Origin: Octopus bimaculoides
Lineage: Eukaryota
DNA: 64,000 nucleotides
Reading direction: 5' to 3'
Assembly (NCBI RefSeq): GCF_001194135.2
Contig: NC_068982.1
Coordinates: 29,986,257 to 30,050,256 of the forward strand
A model generated the notes under the pieces. The model made no database searches. It was not told the origin of the DNA and saw only the letters and a program-made list of their open reading frames with translations. This document shows, in pieces, positions 36,111-50,301 of the stretch (its first letter is position 1; every line of letters begins with the position of its first letter). The position numbers were made by a program, and so were the translations under genes.

Positions 36111-39100
36111 ATAGTCATGAACACAACCTTCATATTGACCTAGCAAGAAATAGAGTGAGAGAGAGAGAGAGAGAGAGAGGGTAGTGTCCTTAAATGGAGC
36201 TAACCCTCTGCAATCCATAACGTTGATGCATGCAAGAAAGCAAATTCATAGCTGTAGTGTAGAATTGATGAATTATATTTAACTTACACCATGTCGTTTA
36301 ACAATATTTTAATTATAATTATGTCTGCAGCTGCTTGATGTTTAATTATTTCATCTTTATAAACAGTCTTGATGTAAAATGGTTTGCGTTGTACTGCAAT
36401 GAACTAATTTTAACTGTAACTTGTCTCAGAAGAAAACCGAGGGAAAGTTTGTCTAGTTTCGAACTAATGTATTAATATTGTCTTTGTTTGCTTTTCATTG
36501 TTGTTGCTATTGCTGTTCAGTTGGAGTGGCTGGCTTATTTCAAGCTTGGGCATGGTGACATTTTTGGAATGATATGAAAACATTCTGTCCTCTTGAAACT
36601 ATATTTGTTTTAGAAGACGGGGAAATATACTAGACATATCACACATAGAGAACGCTGACTTGAGCTAAGATATATAAATTGCATGCATGTAGTTATGTGT
36701 CACTCATTCTTTCTATGTATGTTTGTATGTAATTTGGATGTATGTATGTTATTATGAGTCATATTCACATATTCAATACATGTGGCTTGTAAGGAGGAAA
36801 AAATTTGTAAAAGAACTGATTAAAAAAAAACATTATTTAAGAAACATATAATTCATCTATTTATTTAGTTTTGTATTTGCAATTTATTATTTTGTATGTT
36901 TCTTTGAAATTATGATAGCAATTTTGTTTCCTGCCTCTTTTAATTTCAGAATTTCATTTCATGGCGTTATGAAAAGAAATAATTAATTCTCATGGAATAG
37001 GTTAGCTATAATTGTATGTCTGTTGAATCGGAGAATGTCAGTCTACATTTTAATGATTGGAACCCTCAAAGGATTTCATTCATTATCTAGATCATATGCC
37101 AAAATCAAATATGTTTCTTCTCTCAATATTGTGTTCTTTACACTATGAAATCATTTATTTTAACGAAAATTTATTATTATTATTATCATTTTTTTCCTTC
37201 ATATTCAGCTGTAAAGTAAATGATTTGGTAATACCATTCTATTTGACAAATATTTATAAAGATTTAATAAATGCTGTTTGCATTCTTTACATTAAATATT
37301 CTATTAATTAGTAATATCTTTGCTTAATTATGCTCTGTTCTATGGAAACATGTTTGTTCATCTACCTATCAGTCTATTTGCCTGTGTATCTCTGTCTGTC
37401 TGCCTGTCTGCCTGTCTGCACACATACATACACACACAAACACAAGTGTAAGTATATGTAGTTTTGTAGTAAGATTGTGAGTGTGTATGCATATATATAT
37501 ATATATGTATACACACAAACACTTATATGTACATAACATATATATATATATTGAATATAGGTCTCCTGTTTGTTAGTATGTATGACTGAGATGATTAGCT
37601 GTATTTTGTGTGTGTGTGTGCCTATATATATATATATATATNNNNNNNNNNNNNNNNNNNNNNNNNNNNNNNNNNNNNNNNNNNNNNNNNNNNNNNNNNN
37701 NNNNNNNNNNNNNNNNNNNNNNNNNNNNNNNNNNNNNNNNNNNNNNNNNNNNNNNNNNNNNNNNNNNNNNNNNNNNNNNNNNNNNNNNNNNNNNNNNNNN
37801 NNNNNNNNNNNNNNNNNNNNNNNNNNNNNNNNNNNNNNNNNNNNNNNNNNNNNNNNNNNNNNNNNNNNNNNNNNNNNNNNNNNNNNNNNNNNNNNNNNNN
37901 NNNNNNNNNNNNNNNNNNNNNNNNNNNNNNNNNNNNNNNNNNNNNNNNNNNNNNNNNNNNNNNNNNNNNNNNNNNNNNNNNNNNNNNNNNNNNNNNNNNN
38001 NNNNNNNNNNNNNNNNNNNNNNNNNNNNNNNNNNNNNNNNNNNNNNNNNNNNNNNNNNNNNNNNNNNNNNNNNNNNNNNNNNNNNNNNNNNNNNNNNNNN
38101 NNNNNNNNNNNNNNNNNNNNNNNNNNNNNNNNNNNNNNNNNNNNNNNNNNNNNNNNNNNNNNNNNNNNNNNNNNNNNNNNNNNNNNNNNNNNNNNNNNNN
38201 NNNNNNNNNNNNNNNNNNNNNNNNNNNNNNNNNNNNNNNNNNNNNNNNNNNNNNNNNNNNNNNNNNNNATATATATATATATATATATATATATATAACA
38301 CCTTTGTAAAAACTTGTTCCCTTGTGTTTTTTGTTGTTTTTGTTCTTTCATTTTATTTCCATATGTATGTATGTGTCTATGTATGTATTTGTGTGTGTAT
38401 AATATGTTGGTCTGTGTTAGAGTGAACATTTGTATGAATGTATTTGCACAGATGTTAATGTCTAATTACGAAGGAGACCTATTCTCATAGGTGTTTTTAA
38501 AAATTTAACACAGTGTTTCTGTATTTCTAACATTTAAAGCTTTTAATTTCTTGTATTCCAATGTGTTTCATTGTTGTTTGTTTGAAGCATAGAATTACAA
38601 TTGAATTAATAACTCGTCAAATCTTTTTGTGTCTTTACTTAATACTGAAATGAAATATTTTCACAGAAATTGCTATATCACTTGGTGACAATACTGTTTC
38701 ATATTGGCTATACTTACTAACAAACAGGAAACCTATATTTTGCAAACCTGTATTATTCTCAAATTTAACAAAAAAAAAAAAAAAAAAANNNNNNNNNNAA
38801 AAAAAAAAAAAAAAAAAAGTTTTTATATGTTAATGGTATTGCTGTTAGATGGTGGTGAGCTGGCAGAGTCATTAGCACACTTGGCATTTTGTCTGTCTTC
38901 AGGTTCTGAGTTCAAATTCCACCAATGGAGTTGATAAAAGAAATTCCAGTTAAGCAAATGAAAAGCACTGGTGATGGTACCATGTAAAAAAAGCGCACCC
39001 AGTACACTCTGTGAAGTGGTTGGTGCTAGGAAGGGCATCCAGCTATAGAAACCAAGCCAAAACAGACTATAGAATCTGGTGTACCCCTGACCTTGCCAGG

Positions 39101-39259
39101 TCCTCTCAAACCATCCAACTCATGCCCGCATGGAAAACAGATGGTAAATGATGATGATAGTGATCCCTGGGGGTTGATGTAATATATAATAGCTGCTTGC
39201 TTGTATACGAGCAAAGCCATTGCTAGAAAGAAGCATTGATATGAGTCATTGATGATGCA

Positions 39260-39690
39260 ATGTGAAGTCCTTGTATGACTCCTGAGTCCAGCCAAAGATT
39301 TTCACATTCTATGGCATAATGCACAGCTGTGCTGGCTGGCAGAGAGAACAGGTGCCACAATAGGACTGCTTTTGACGTTCCTTTTCAATCCTCCAACTGA
39401 AAGGAACACTTTTCCACAAGTTGCACATGTTCTGTTGTGAACAATAGCCGTATCACAATTTACAGTGAGTTCTGTGAGGGCTGACCAGGCGTGCATGACT
39501 CAAACATTTAGGTAACTTGTTTTTGTTTACTCCTACTTTAGGCTGAACAAAAAATTCACCTTAGCACACAAAAACCTCTAGTCCATCCAGCATAACTTGC
39601 ACAATAGCAAAGTTCCTGATATCACTTTTCCTATTGAGGATATAAGTTATAAGGTGCCATTTCTTAGATCCAGGGTGTTTTTTTATGAGT
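39260..39690 (-). mobile_element. Internally deleted RTE-BovB-like LINE relic
   Basis: End of the APE domain HPGSKKWHLITYILNRKSDIRN (about 39560-39680), followed by C-terminal zinc-finger-like CATCGKVFLSVGGLKR and CALCHRM*KSLAGLRSHTR (about 39260-39440). Confidence 0.7.
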
Positions 39691-40167
39691 ACTACGGGAT
39701 TCCTTGAATCCATATATTGTGACTTAAATTTGTATGCATGTATGTATACACGCACACACACACATGTATGATGGACTGCTTATAATTTCTCTCTACCAAT
39801 TCCAATAACAAGTCTTTGGTTGGCCTGGCGCTAGAGAAGGTACTTGTCCAAGGTACCACCTAGTGGGATTGAGCCCAAGACTATGTGGTTGGAAAGCACA
39901 CCTCTCAAACACAATCACACAGTCATGTCTGTATGTGGGTGTCTGGTTAAGGCACATCTTTCCATCTCTGTTTAGCTATCTACCTGTCTATCTGTCAGTT
40001 TGTCTAATCACAATCTAGCTGTCTGTTTCTTTGTCTGTCTATTCATTCATCCTTCCCTCTTCGACCACCATTTCTTCCTTCAATAATGGATGTTTTACAT
40101 ATCTAATAACAGAATTTAAAATATAAACAAAATGTGTATAGATAGATAGATAATGTAACCCTGTGCG

Positions 40168-40213
<46 letters not shown>

Positions 40214-40499
40214 TATTATTTTCTAAAATCCTATATATTTCTGATACGCAAAACTATTTTGTTTCATTTCAGTAAGTACTGCCAAAAACGGCATGCTTAC
40301 TTTAGCAAAACCGAAATGGAATTCCAATGCCTTCATCTTAATTATATATTGGCCCTATTGGTGTTGCACTGTTGGCTTCGGTGGGAAGTTGCTTTCATTT
40401 CTGGTAAGGAAAGCCAGTCAAGCAAACTTATTATCTGACAGGATAAAATAGAAGAAATCACACGCATTGACAAATTAAATGTGAGAGAAAGACCGAGAG

Positions 40500-40549
<50 letters not shown>

Positions 40550-40762
40550 AGATATGAAGGTAAGGAGATATAGTTTGCTGTTCATTTTCCTTGAGCTAAT
40601 CATACTCTAGCTCTAATGAACCAGAAAATTCTGAGTAATGTAGCAGACCGTTACCTAATTAAACTGATATTTTACCAAGCTCCACCCAATCTTTTGTCAC
40701 TTCTCGTTGGTGACGTGAGAAAATATTTTACCCAAATAAAATTACATTCAATAATAGTAATA

Positions 40763-40798
<36 letters not shown>

Positions 40799-40929
40799 TG
40801 CAGATTAAAAGCAAAATAATAATGATGATGATATGATAGTGGTCATTATCTTTTGTGCTTATCTATATTTTCTTTCAATTTTAGCTTAAAAAAAATTGTA
40901 TTCTCATTTTTGTGCAGTTGTATTTTATA

Positions 40930-41460
40930 ATCAGTATCATTTAATGGCCATTGTCCATGCTGGCATGGGTTGGATGGTTTGACCAGGGCTGGCAAGCTGG
41001 GCCTGCATCAGACTCCAGTTTGATTTGGCATGGCTTCTACAGCTGGATGCCCTTCCTAACGCCCTGTCAACTACATTGTTCCACCACCATGTTACCTTAG
41101 GTTGAGAGGGGACTTTGCACCATCCACAGATCTTGTCAGTAGCTCTTAACAGGTTGTCCTGTAGAAACCTCCAGTTGACTTCCACATCATGTGATGCTAT
41201 ATCCCCCTCTATTTCGTCAAAAGCTTCGAGTAATACGTCTCTAAATCTTTGTCCATTCGCAGGATCCTTAAGCTTCCAGACTCTTCTGGTTGTCTTCTGA
41301 GCATCCATTTAACCCTGATCCTGACGTTGCTAACTACTAATCTATGTTGTGGGGTGCATTCTTCACCTGGGAAGGTTTTGTCATTTATAAGTAGCCATCT
41401 TTCCTGTTTACTGGTAAGGATGTTGTCAATTTGGCCGGTTCCTTCTTCGGTCAGAGTGGC
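40930..41460 (-). mobile_element. RTE-type LINE fragment (APE end and linker) joined to the common (GAT)n 3' tail
   Basis: GQIDNILTSK...KTFPGEECTPQHRLVV, then RVWKLKD...WRFLQDNLLRATDKICG...KVTWWWNNVVDRA, running directly into ttaggaagggcatccagctgtagaa. Confidence 0.8.
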
Positions 41461-42652
41461 CTAGTGAGCTGAAACCCAGACCTGGGAACAAAAGAGCGAC
41501 TCCTGTTCAAATCCCGCTGGAGACAGGATTTTGGAAAGTGGCAGGACACCTAGGACTCAGGACCTAGCTGGGCCCTGGATTCCGTAGTGTGTAAGGTATA
41601 AGGGCCAAAACACTTATCAGATGGGAATACTTCCTTTGAAGATCTCTCTTGCTGTGCGAGTTTCTGTTATATATATATATTCATCATAAGGACACATTAA
41701 AGTGTCTACCCACTAGAAATGAGAGTTAAAATCCTCATTTGGACCACCAAAAAATTAACACTGAAAATAACAGATTTAACAGTATACAAGCAAATGGATC
41801 GAAAAATACTCTCACATACCTATATAGCATAAAGCTATATATTTAATGGTACAGGTATATATGTGGGTCAGTTTCTGGTTTGATACAAAAATCTTACCTT
41901 CTTCAGCACATCTTAACCCTTTGAAATACCTTCCCAATCTGCCATGTTGAAATCTGCTGGCGTCCTGAAAGGGTTAGTGCCAAAATGTGGACAGCCTCAG
42001 TGTGAAAAGTGCTGCTGTGTATGTGTGTATGTGTGTGTAAATAAATATGTGTGTATGTACATCATTGTCATACAAAGCAAAGTTGTTCATTTTCAGTCTT
42101 CTATGAAAAGCATGTCAACCTATGAGAAAATATTACTTTGCTTGCAAGCAGGAGTGGGTTGATGAGAGGAAAGGCATCTGACTGTAGAAAATCTGCTTCA
42201 ACAAAGTGTGAATGACCTATGCAAGCTTGAATGATGAGAATAATTAATCCTTTCGAAGTTGTCTTTCTAATATTTCTAATGAGTGGCCTGCCTGTATGTT
42301 TCAGTTGATTTTCAGTATAATACAGATTTCAGAGTGGTGTAGTAAAATATCTATAACTTTATTTATTGGCATATTACACTGTTATTCACCGACTCACTGA
42401 AGTCTCATGTTATCATTTGTTATGAGATTCTGATTAAAATCTCAGTTTAAATACGAATGCTTAATTGCAGTACTGTCTTAGTTGAATTGGTATCAGGAAG
42501 GTTAATCCTTATCAAGCTAACCAGTCATAATGGAAACTCCCTATATTATTACAACTGATGAGAGAGAGAGAGAGGGGGGGATCAACAGAAAACTGATTGC
42601 TGCAACAGCAGTATTCTACACAAAAGGCACAAAATCTATTGACTATCAGAAC

Positions 42653-42933
42653 AAGGGCTGTGGAGTCGATACAAAAAACTTTGACTCCGACTCCTCTACT
42701 ATTGGCACCACCAACTCCTACTGAAACTCCGCTTTATGTAATTAAGTGATTGTGGTCTACATATCTCATAAAGCATATGCATATACTTGTACTTTGAGTA
42801 GCCCTATATGTTTTAACTGGTTTATATTAAAGAAGGAAGATATTGTGAATTGGAGTCGGGGTTGGTATAGTTTTTTCGACTCCTACTCCTCCTTAATTGT
42901 TTCCGACTCCACGGCTCCAACTCCACAGCCCCG
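42653..42933. mobile_element. hAT-type MITE
   Basis: TIRs agggctgtggagt / actccacagccc, an 8-bp TSD atcagaac/atcaaaac (one mismatch), and repeated gactcc motifs. Confidence 0.7.
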
Positions 42934-43373
42934 ATCAAAACTCAGAGCAATGCTACCATTGTAGTGTACCAGACACACAAGAATTAACTACGTTCACACT
43001 TGCACAAGTCTTATCAATGACTGATGCCAAGAATTACTCATCAGGTAGTTTTCTGTCCTCAGCAACTTATAGAACAAATTAAAATTCTTTTGTTAACATA
43101 TTACTGAGATGTACTTGCAAAGCAAGTGACCTGATCTGAGATCATGTGCTGGAACGAAAACAATTGCAGTGTGGAAGGTGTTTATAAGCCATTTAAGAAA
43201 CAAACAAAAACCGTGAGATTCACTTCAACATTTAAATTTAATTTGCCGAAATATTTTCGGTGCTTTGAGACTGTGACCTGTTCACTGACAAAATTCTGTC
43301 TCTTGAAATGAACTGTCCCTGTTTTAATCAATTTTGAAAATAATGAAGAATTTTGTAATATAACTTTCCATAT

Positions 43374-43601
43374 TAGCCCTTTAGCATTTAAACTGACCAT
43401 ATCTGGCTTGAATATCCTACCTGTTTGATGCTTAAGTTGGCCAGACCAAACCTCTCACACCTCCCCTACAATGTCATTCTAAAAAAAATATACAATCACT
43501 TCATCAAAATTTTAAAGCCATCAGATAATGCATGATTAATTCAAAGCAATGTGAATAAATAAGCATTGCATTTGACAGTAATCTGAATGCTAATCGGTTA
43601 A
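43374..43601. mobile_element. TTAA-family MITE
   Basis: Ends ttagcccttttagcatttaaactgacc ... ctgaatgctaatcggttaa. Confidence 0.65.
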
Positions 43602-44267
43602 AGGTTTTATTTTAATTGATATCCTTTTAAAATGAGAAGTTTGTGACACTGAACCAGGAGCAGTCTCAAATGGGTTGGAATCAAAAGAGTTAAGAAGCCA
43701 AGATTTGAACCATCTGAGTGGATGAAATTTAAACTAAAAGCCCCCCCCCCCAAAAAAAAAAAAAACTAATGCACTTTGTCAATAATGGATATATAAATAA
43801 TTTAAATAATTTAGTAGGCTTGACTATGTAGCAATACAGAAAAAACAAATTCAAAATCATAAGTTACAGCAACCAAAGCACTTGCTAAAAACACACTAAT
43901 TATGCACAGTGTATTATTAGATGCACTGAGTGCACTCTGTCTATTGAAGACGGTGAACATGTTATCAAAACAACTCATCAAGAAGAGTGCTGTGTTTTTG
44001 TGAAATCCAATCATTATCGAGCATTAATAATATATTAAGAAAAGCTTTGAAATTAATGATCACATCATCAACAATGTCTCTACATGTCTATGTGCCTGTT
44101 GAAAAAAAAAAAAAAAAAGCAGGCAAGATGATCATTGCTGGAACAGTTTGATACGATAGGCCTTCCTGATTAAGGCTAACCTGAAGTGAAACGACTAACA
44201 ATTTCAGGAGTTGGGATGAGTCTGTATGGTTTCTCAACCCGTTAGAATAAACAGCCAAATTTCCAGT

Positions 44268-44702
44268 AATCCTTTAGCATTCAGATCACTCTGTGAAACT
44301 GAATGTATATTTAACCTTTTCACATCTAAACCAGCCGGAATATTCTACCTGGTTTATGTTCAAACTGACCAGATCCAGCCTCTCGCACCTACCCTATAAT
44401 GCCATCCTAAAATAATCTCATAATCAAAATCTGAAAGCTATGAGACAGTGCTTGTTAACACATAACAATTGAATAAATAAACATTATAACTGAAAGAATA
44501 TTCTGAATGCCAAAGGGTGAATGACATTGTTTTAAATTAATCATGCATTGTTTTGTAACTTCGATATTTTAATGATGTGAGTATGTATTTTTAGAATGAC
44601 ATTATAGTGTAGGTGTGAGAAGCTAGACATGACTGATTTGAACATAAAACACATAGAATATTCGAGCCAGATATTACTTGATTTAAATATTTAAAGGTTA
44701 AA
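44268..44702. mobile_element. Adjacent or rearranged TTAA-family MITE copies
   Basis: Repeated cctttagcattcagat / gaatgccaaaggg / tttaaaggttaa ends with family-typical internal sequence. Confidence 0.5.
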
Positions 44703-44961
44703 TCACATTCTTCTGTTGTCTTTTCTTTTTCCTTTTGCTTCCAAACCACATGGCTCCAGGTTCAGTCCCATTGCAGATTACCTTGGCCAAGTGTCTTCTA
44801 GTATAGCCCTAGGCTGATCATAACCTTTTGAGTGGATTTGATAGATGGAAACTGAAAGAAGTCTTGAAATCATGTTCAACTCACTGGCTGATAACTGATG
44901 AGGAGTTGGGGACCTGTGTCTGTTTTTCGTTTGTGCATTTACTGTACATTTTAAAACTTTT

Positions 44962-45005
<44 letters not shown>

Positions 45006-45047
45006 TAAAATGAGACAACAAAGCCTAGGCAGTGTGAATCTCATTTT

Positions 45048-45095
45048 ATTTCTGATGATGGGATATTCTTCATATCCCTGAAACAGCTGTATGTG
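45048..45095 (+). ncRNA. Hammerhead-like motif, probably decayed
   Basis: CTGATGA-t-gggatat(tcttc)atatccc-t-GAAAC-agct-GTA, with a palindromic ACAGCTGT stem III. Stem I does not pair in this copy. Confidence 0.5.
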
Positions 45096-45164
45096 ACCTT
45101 GTTCTCCTGTGAACAACTAGACTCCTTCCTCTCTTTTGTTCACACACACACACTTTTGCACCCC

Positions 45165-45241
<77 letters not shown>

Positions 45242-47754
45242 TTATTTATATTGTGTGTTTGTCTCCTACCACTGCTTGATAACTAGCGTTGGTGTGTTTA
45301 TATCCCCATAACATGGCAGTTCAGCAAGAAAACTGATAGACTAAATTCCAATTTAAAAAAAAAAGTATAAATATTGGGCTCAATTTGCTGGAGTAAAATT
45401 TCTTCAAGATGGTGCTCCAGCATGGCAGCAGTCTAATGACAGAAACAAGTAAAAAGATAATAGATAAAAAGTATCCTGGCTTTTCCAATTATAGACACAC
45501 TGTCTGAAATAAAGATGGGGTGGTCACTTATGGAAATCTTTGAAGCTAAATAACAACTTTGAATAATTTAGTCTACAAATTCAAATAAAAGCGTTCACAG
45601 ATTTATCTTAACGATGCTGTTTCATGGGACATTGTTTTTTTAATAGAAAACAAAATTGAGCCAAGGGAAATAACTCAAATTAGCCAGTGGCATAGATTGA
45701 AATGAATCAGTTATGTATGAACGCACTAAATCACATGTGCCAAAAGTTCATAATGAATTAAAATTTTCTCCTTAATTGGAGGAGAAAAAAAAAAATCTAC
45801 TAAAACTTAATTGCATTCATTAGTGACTCACAGAAAAGAGGAACTAATTTCAATCAACTGAAAATTAATTAAATTAGTTTGATCTTTGTTAGTGGGGACG
45901 ATAACAGGAAAAGATGTTTTTCAATCTTATTGGATCTCATCAGTGAATATCATTTGTCTTTTTGTTTGTCTTGTTTCAGTCATTGGACTGTGGCCATGCA
46001 GAGGCACCACATTGAAGGCATTTATTAAAATTGAGCTGATTGACACCAGCACTTATTTTCAAGTACTTATACTATCAACCTGTTTTTGCCAAACCTACGA
46101 AGTTATAGAAATGTAAACAAACCAGCACCTGTTTTCAAGCAGTGGCAAGGACAAACACAGGTGTACACACACACACACACACACACAAAATGGGTTTCCA
46201 TAAAATTTCCAACTACTAAATTCACTTCCAAGGCATTAATCAGACTGAGGCTTTAGTGGGAGACACATGCTCATGGTGCCACACAGTGGAACTGGACCTG
46301 AAACCATTTGATTCGGAAGTAAACTTCTTCAACATAACCATTTATTTTATCAATTATCAAATGGTAAAGAAGAATATAAATTTTATTCAATTAATCCTTT
46401 TTGTTACAGTTTGCTATAAAATAAGGGGAAAAAATGGAGACAAACTGCTAATTATTTTAGTTGATAAATTATAGCAGGTAAATAGTGCATTTAATTAGAA
46501 ATATGGTCTCAAAAATGATAAAGCACTGCAAAAGCTTGCTGGTTAGGATAATGCAAAACTATCACTTCCCTCAACTGGTTAACTACATACCATTTTTACC
46601 AAAGCCTTCTCAAGAAACCTGTTTCTCTTCTCAGGAATTCGGAGCCAGTGTTCTGTGATCTTTGCAAGCATTACCAGTTTGGTAAGATTGATAGTGTTGG
46701 CGTTAAGTTTGAAATTGTGAAAAAATGTGGGCAAATGAATTCCTGATGGTTGGCATATGTGGGGGAAGATTTGGATGGTAAGGTGATGAATAGACTAGGA
46801 GAGGGGAGGTTAGGATGAGGAGAAGAGAAGAAACAGGTTTCTTGAGTGAACCTGGATAAAGACTGGTGTGTACCAAGGAAGTGAGAGCTGTACCAGAAGA
46901 AGTCTTTGCAGTACTTTAACCCTTTTGCTACCAACATTTGCTACCAAATTTTCTGTTTTAATGTGATTTGAGTTAAAGCTTACCATCAAAATTTCATGTT
47001 AATTTGTTCCAAGCTGCAGCTTAATAATGAGAAATTATATGGAAATATTATTTCAGAAGTTCTTTCGCTCATAAGAAAAAAACCTCACATAATAAAGATA
47101 CAGGAAAGCAAAAAGGAAAAATTATAAGCTCTGAGTGGTTCCCTCCCCGTAAAGTTAAGCTTCACCCTTCCTTCTGTTTCCCACTAAACTCTCTTTCCCT
47201 CCTTCTTTTACTCCGAAAACAACCATAATTGGCAGCACCAACAGTTGTCAGTCAAATTATTTTACTAAATTCTTCATTATTTTTAAAATTAACTGAAATT
47301 AAGGCTACTATATTAACTAAAGTGTTAACAGCTTAGAGTCCACAGCTCCATAGATTTTTAATACTCTGCCAAAAAACTCCTTCCTTCGTCTTAAACACGC
47401 CACAAAAAGAAGTCAGTAGAAATAGTAGCACCAGTGCATTAGTACTCCAGCATGGCCAGTGCCCATAGATTGATACTGGTCAAATATATATATATGTGTG
47501 TGTATATGTATTCTTTAGCTTTAGGAAGAGCATCCAACCATAATAGAAGCCATGCTAAAGCAGAAAACTGAGCTTGGTGCAGTCTTCAGACTTACCAGTT
47601 CCTGTCGAACCATCCGACCCATGCCAGCATAGGAAACAAACAGTAAATAATAATAATATGTGTATATATATGTATATATATATATATATGTGTGTGTGTA
47701 TATATGTTTGTGTGTGGGCATGTGTATGTATATATATATATATGTATGTGTGGA

Positions 47755-47799
<45 letters not shown>

Positions 47800-48654
47800 N
47801 NNNNNNNNNNNNNNNNNNNNNNNNNNNNNNNNNNNNNNNNNNNNNNNNNNNNNNNNNNNNNNNNNNNNNNNNNNNNNNNNNNNNNNNNNNNNNNNNNNNN
47901 NNNNNNNNNNNNNNNNNNNNNNNNNNNNNNNNNNNNNNNNNNNNNNNNNNNNNNNNNNNNNNNNNNNNNNNNNNNNNNNNNNNNNNNNNNNNNNNNNNNN
48001 NNNNNNNNNNNNNNNNNNNNNNNNNNNNNNNNNNNNNNNNAATCTCAGAAAACCTGACAGTTTCCTAATTGAAATAATAATTGAAGTTTTGACATAAGTT
48101 TTAATCTTTTTCCTTTTAATGGAAAAAATATTTTTTACGTTTCTTCTAAATGAAGAAGAAACTTTTAAAATGGCTGTTACTTATGTCCATGCTACAGCAT
48201 CACCTGACTTTTTGTCATTTTTTTCAACATTCTTTGAATTGGCTAAGGTGGTGAGCTGGCAGAAATGTTAGCACACTGGGCAAAACGCTTAGCTGTATTT
48301 TGTCTGTCTTTACGTTTTGAGTTCAAATTCTGCCGAAGTCAACTTTGCCTTTCATCCTTTCAAGGTCGATAAATTAAGTACCAGTTGTGAACTGGGGGAT
48401 GATCTGATCGACATGCTCACAACCAAACCTCAAGCTATGCTTGCATCTATATGATTAAAAACATTCCCACTTTGATCATTGAGTCCCCAGGTTTTGACCA
48501 TCAGTTAATTGTTTCCTGTTTTAAATAGTAAGATGTGATATACAGGAATTTGGTTCTTAATTGCAGCTGATTGAGTGTCTAGAAAAGGATTCCTTGAGGG
48601 CTCCTTAAAACCCTGGAACTCCCATACCTCTGCCCCACTACTACCAGATGCAGT

Positions 48655-49390
48655 TTAACCCCTTGGCATTAAACTGGTCAGATCTGGCCCCTCATATCTA
48701 CCCTGCAATGTCATTCTAAAACCAAACAATCACATCATTGAAGTCTTGACGCTACGTTGTAATGCATGATTAATTCAAACCAATGTGGCACAGGCGTGCC
48801 TGTGTAGTAAGAAGTTTACTTCCCAACCATATGGTTCCGGGTTCAGTCCTACTGCATAGCACCTTGGGTAAGTGTCTTCTGCTATAGAATCGGGCTGACC
48901 AAAGCCTTGTAAGTAGATTTGGTAGATGGAAACTGAAATAAACCTGTTGTATATGTGTGTGTGTGTGTATGTTTGAATATGTATGTATGTATATAATATG
49001 TGTGTATGTATATATATATATGTATGTGTATATGTATGTATGTATATCTATATGTATATGTATGTATATATATATATGTATGTATGTTTGTATATATTTG
49101 TATATATATATGATATATGTGTGTGTGTCTGTGTTTGTCCCCACCACCATCACTTGACAGCTGGTGTGTTTATGTTCCCGTAACTTAGTGGTTAGGGAAA
49201 AGAGACCGATAGAATAAATACCAGGCTTACAAAGAATAAATCCTGGGGTCAATTTCTTCGGCTAAAACCCTTTAAGGCAGTGCTCCAGCATGGCCACTGT
49301 CAAATGACAGAAACAAGTAAAAGAGTAATTGCTCTATGTGAATAAATTAGCAATATGTCTCACAGAGTAATCTGAATGCTAAATGGTTAA
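48655..49390. mobile_element. TTAA-family MITE interrupted by a full-length SINE (about 48790-49326)
   Basis: The left half ends at ...aattcaaaccaatgtg and the right half resumes tgtgaataaa...ctgaatgctaaatggttaa after the SINE tail aaacaagtaaaagag. Confidence 0.7.
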
Positions 49391-50120
49391 AGTCATGACT
49401 AGGACAATATGTGTAAAAAAAGATATGTTTGTCATTGTAAGGACACAGTATGATTAGATCTGATAGATTTACTTTCTAGGTGTTTATTCTTCTGTTATTT
49501 ATGCCTGTTACCTTTAAGGTATTTTTGTCTTTCTACTGTTTGCTCCTGTGAATAAACAGGGTCATGTGATGAATGGGTTCGGAGTGGGGGAATGAGATTG
49601 AAAATAGCCAGCTCATTACAAGATTTAATTGAAGGATTCTACCAGTGGACTTAATTTTCTGAGTAAATATGTCTTAATCTTTTAGTTTTTTTTTTTTTTT
49701 TCTGGTGAAGAAAGAAGCTAAACAGAACAGTAAATAAATATATAAATAGATAGAAAAACAGTAGAAAAAAGAAATATGATTTCTATTGATATTGAAGTTT
49801 TAAATTAAACTTTCCTCAGGTACTTTCTTGAAATCATACTTTTATTTAGACAACAGTAGTTTGCATAAGATTGAATTGTATGTATTGTCTTGATTTGTTT
49901 CCTTTCTTTCTTTCTTTTTTTTTTCCATCTTTCTGGTTCATTCCATATTCGAAAATATTTTCACTATCAAAATTATTTTAAATGCAAACTACACAGAATC
50001 TTTGTAAAGATACTTTAGAAAATAATGGTGTATAGAAATGTGCCTTTCAAACATTTCCTGTGATATATATCTAAATATATATAATGTATGTATGTGTGTG
50101 TGTGTGTATATATATATATG

Positions 50121-50160
<40 letters not shown>

Positions 50161-50262
50161 NNNNNNNNNNNNNNNNNNNNNNNNNNNNNNNNNNNNNNNN
50201 NNNNNNNNNNNNNNNNNNNNNNNNNNNNNNNNNNNNNNNNNNNNNNNNNNNNNNNNNNNNNN

Positions 50263-50301
<39 letters not shown>

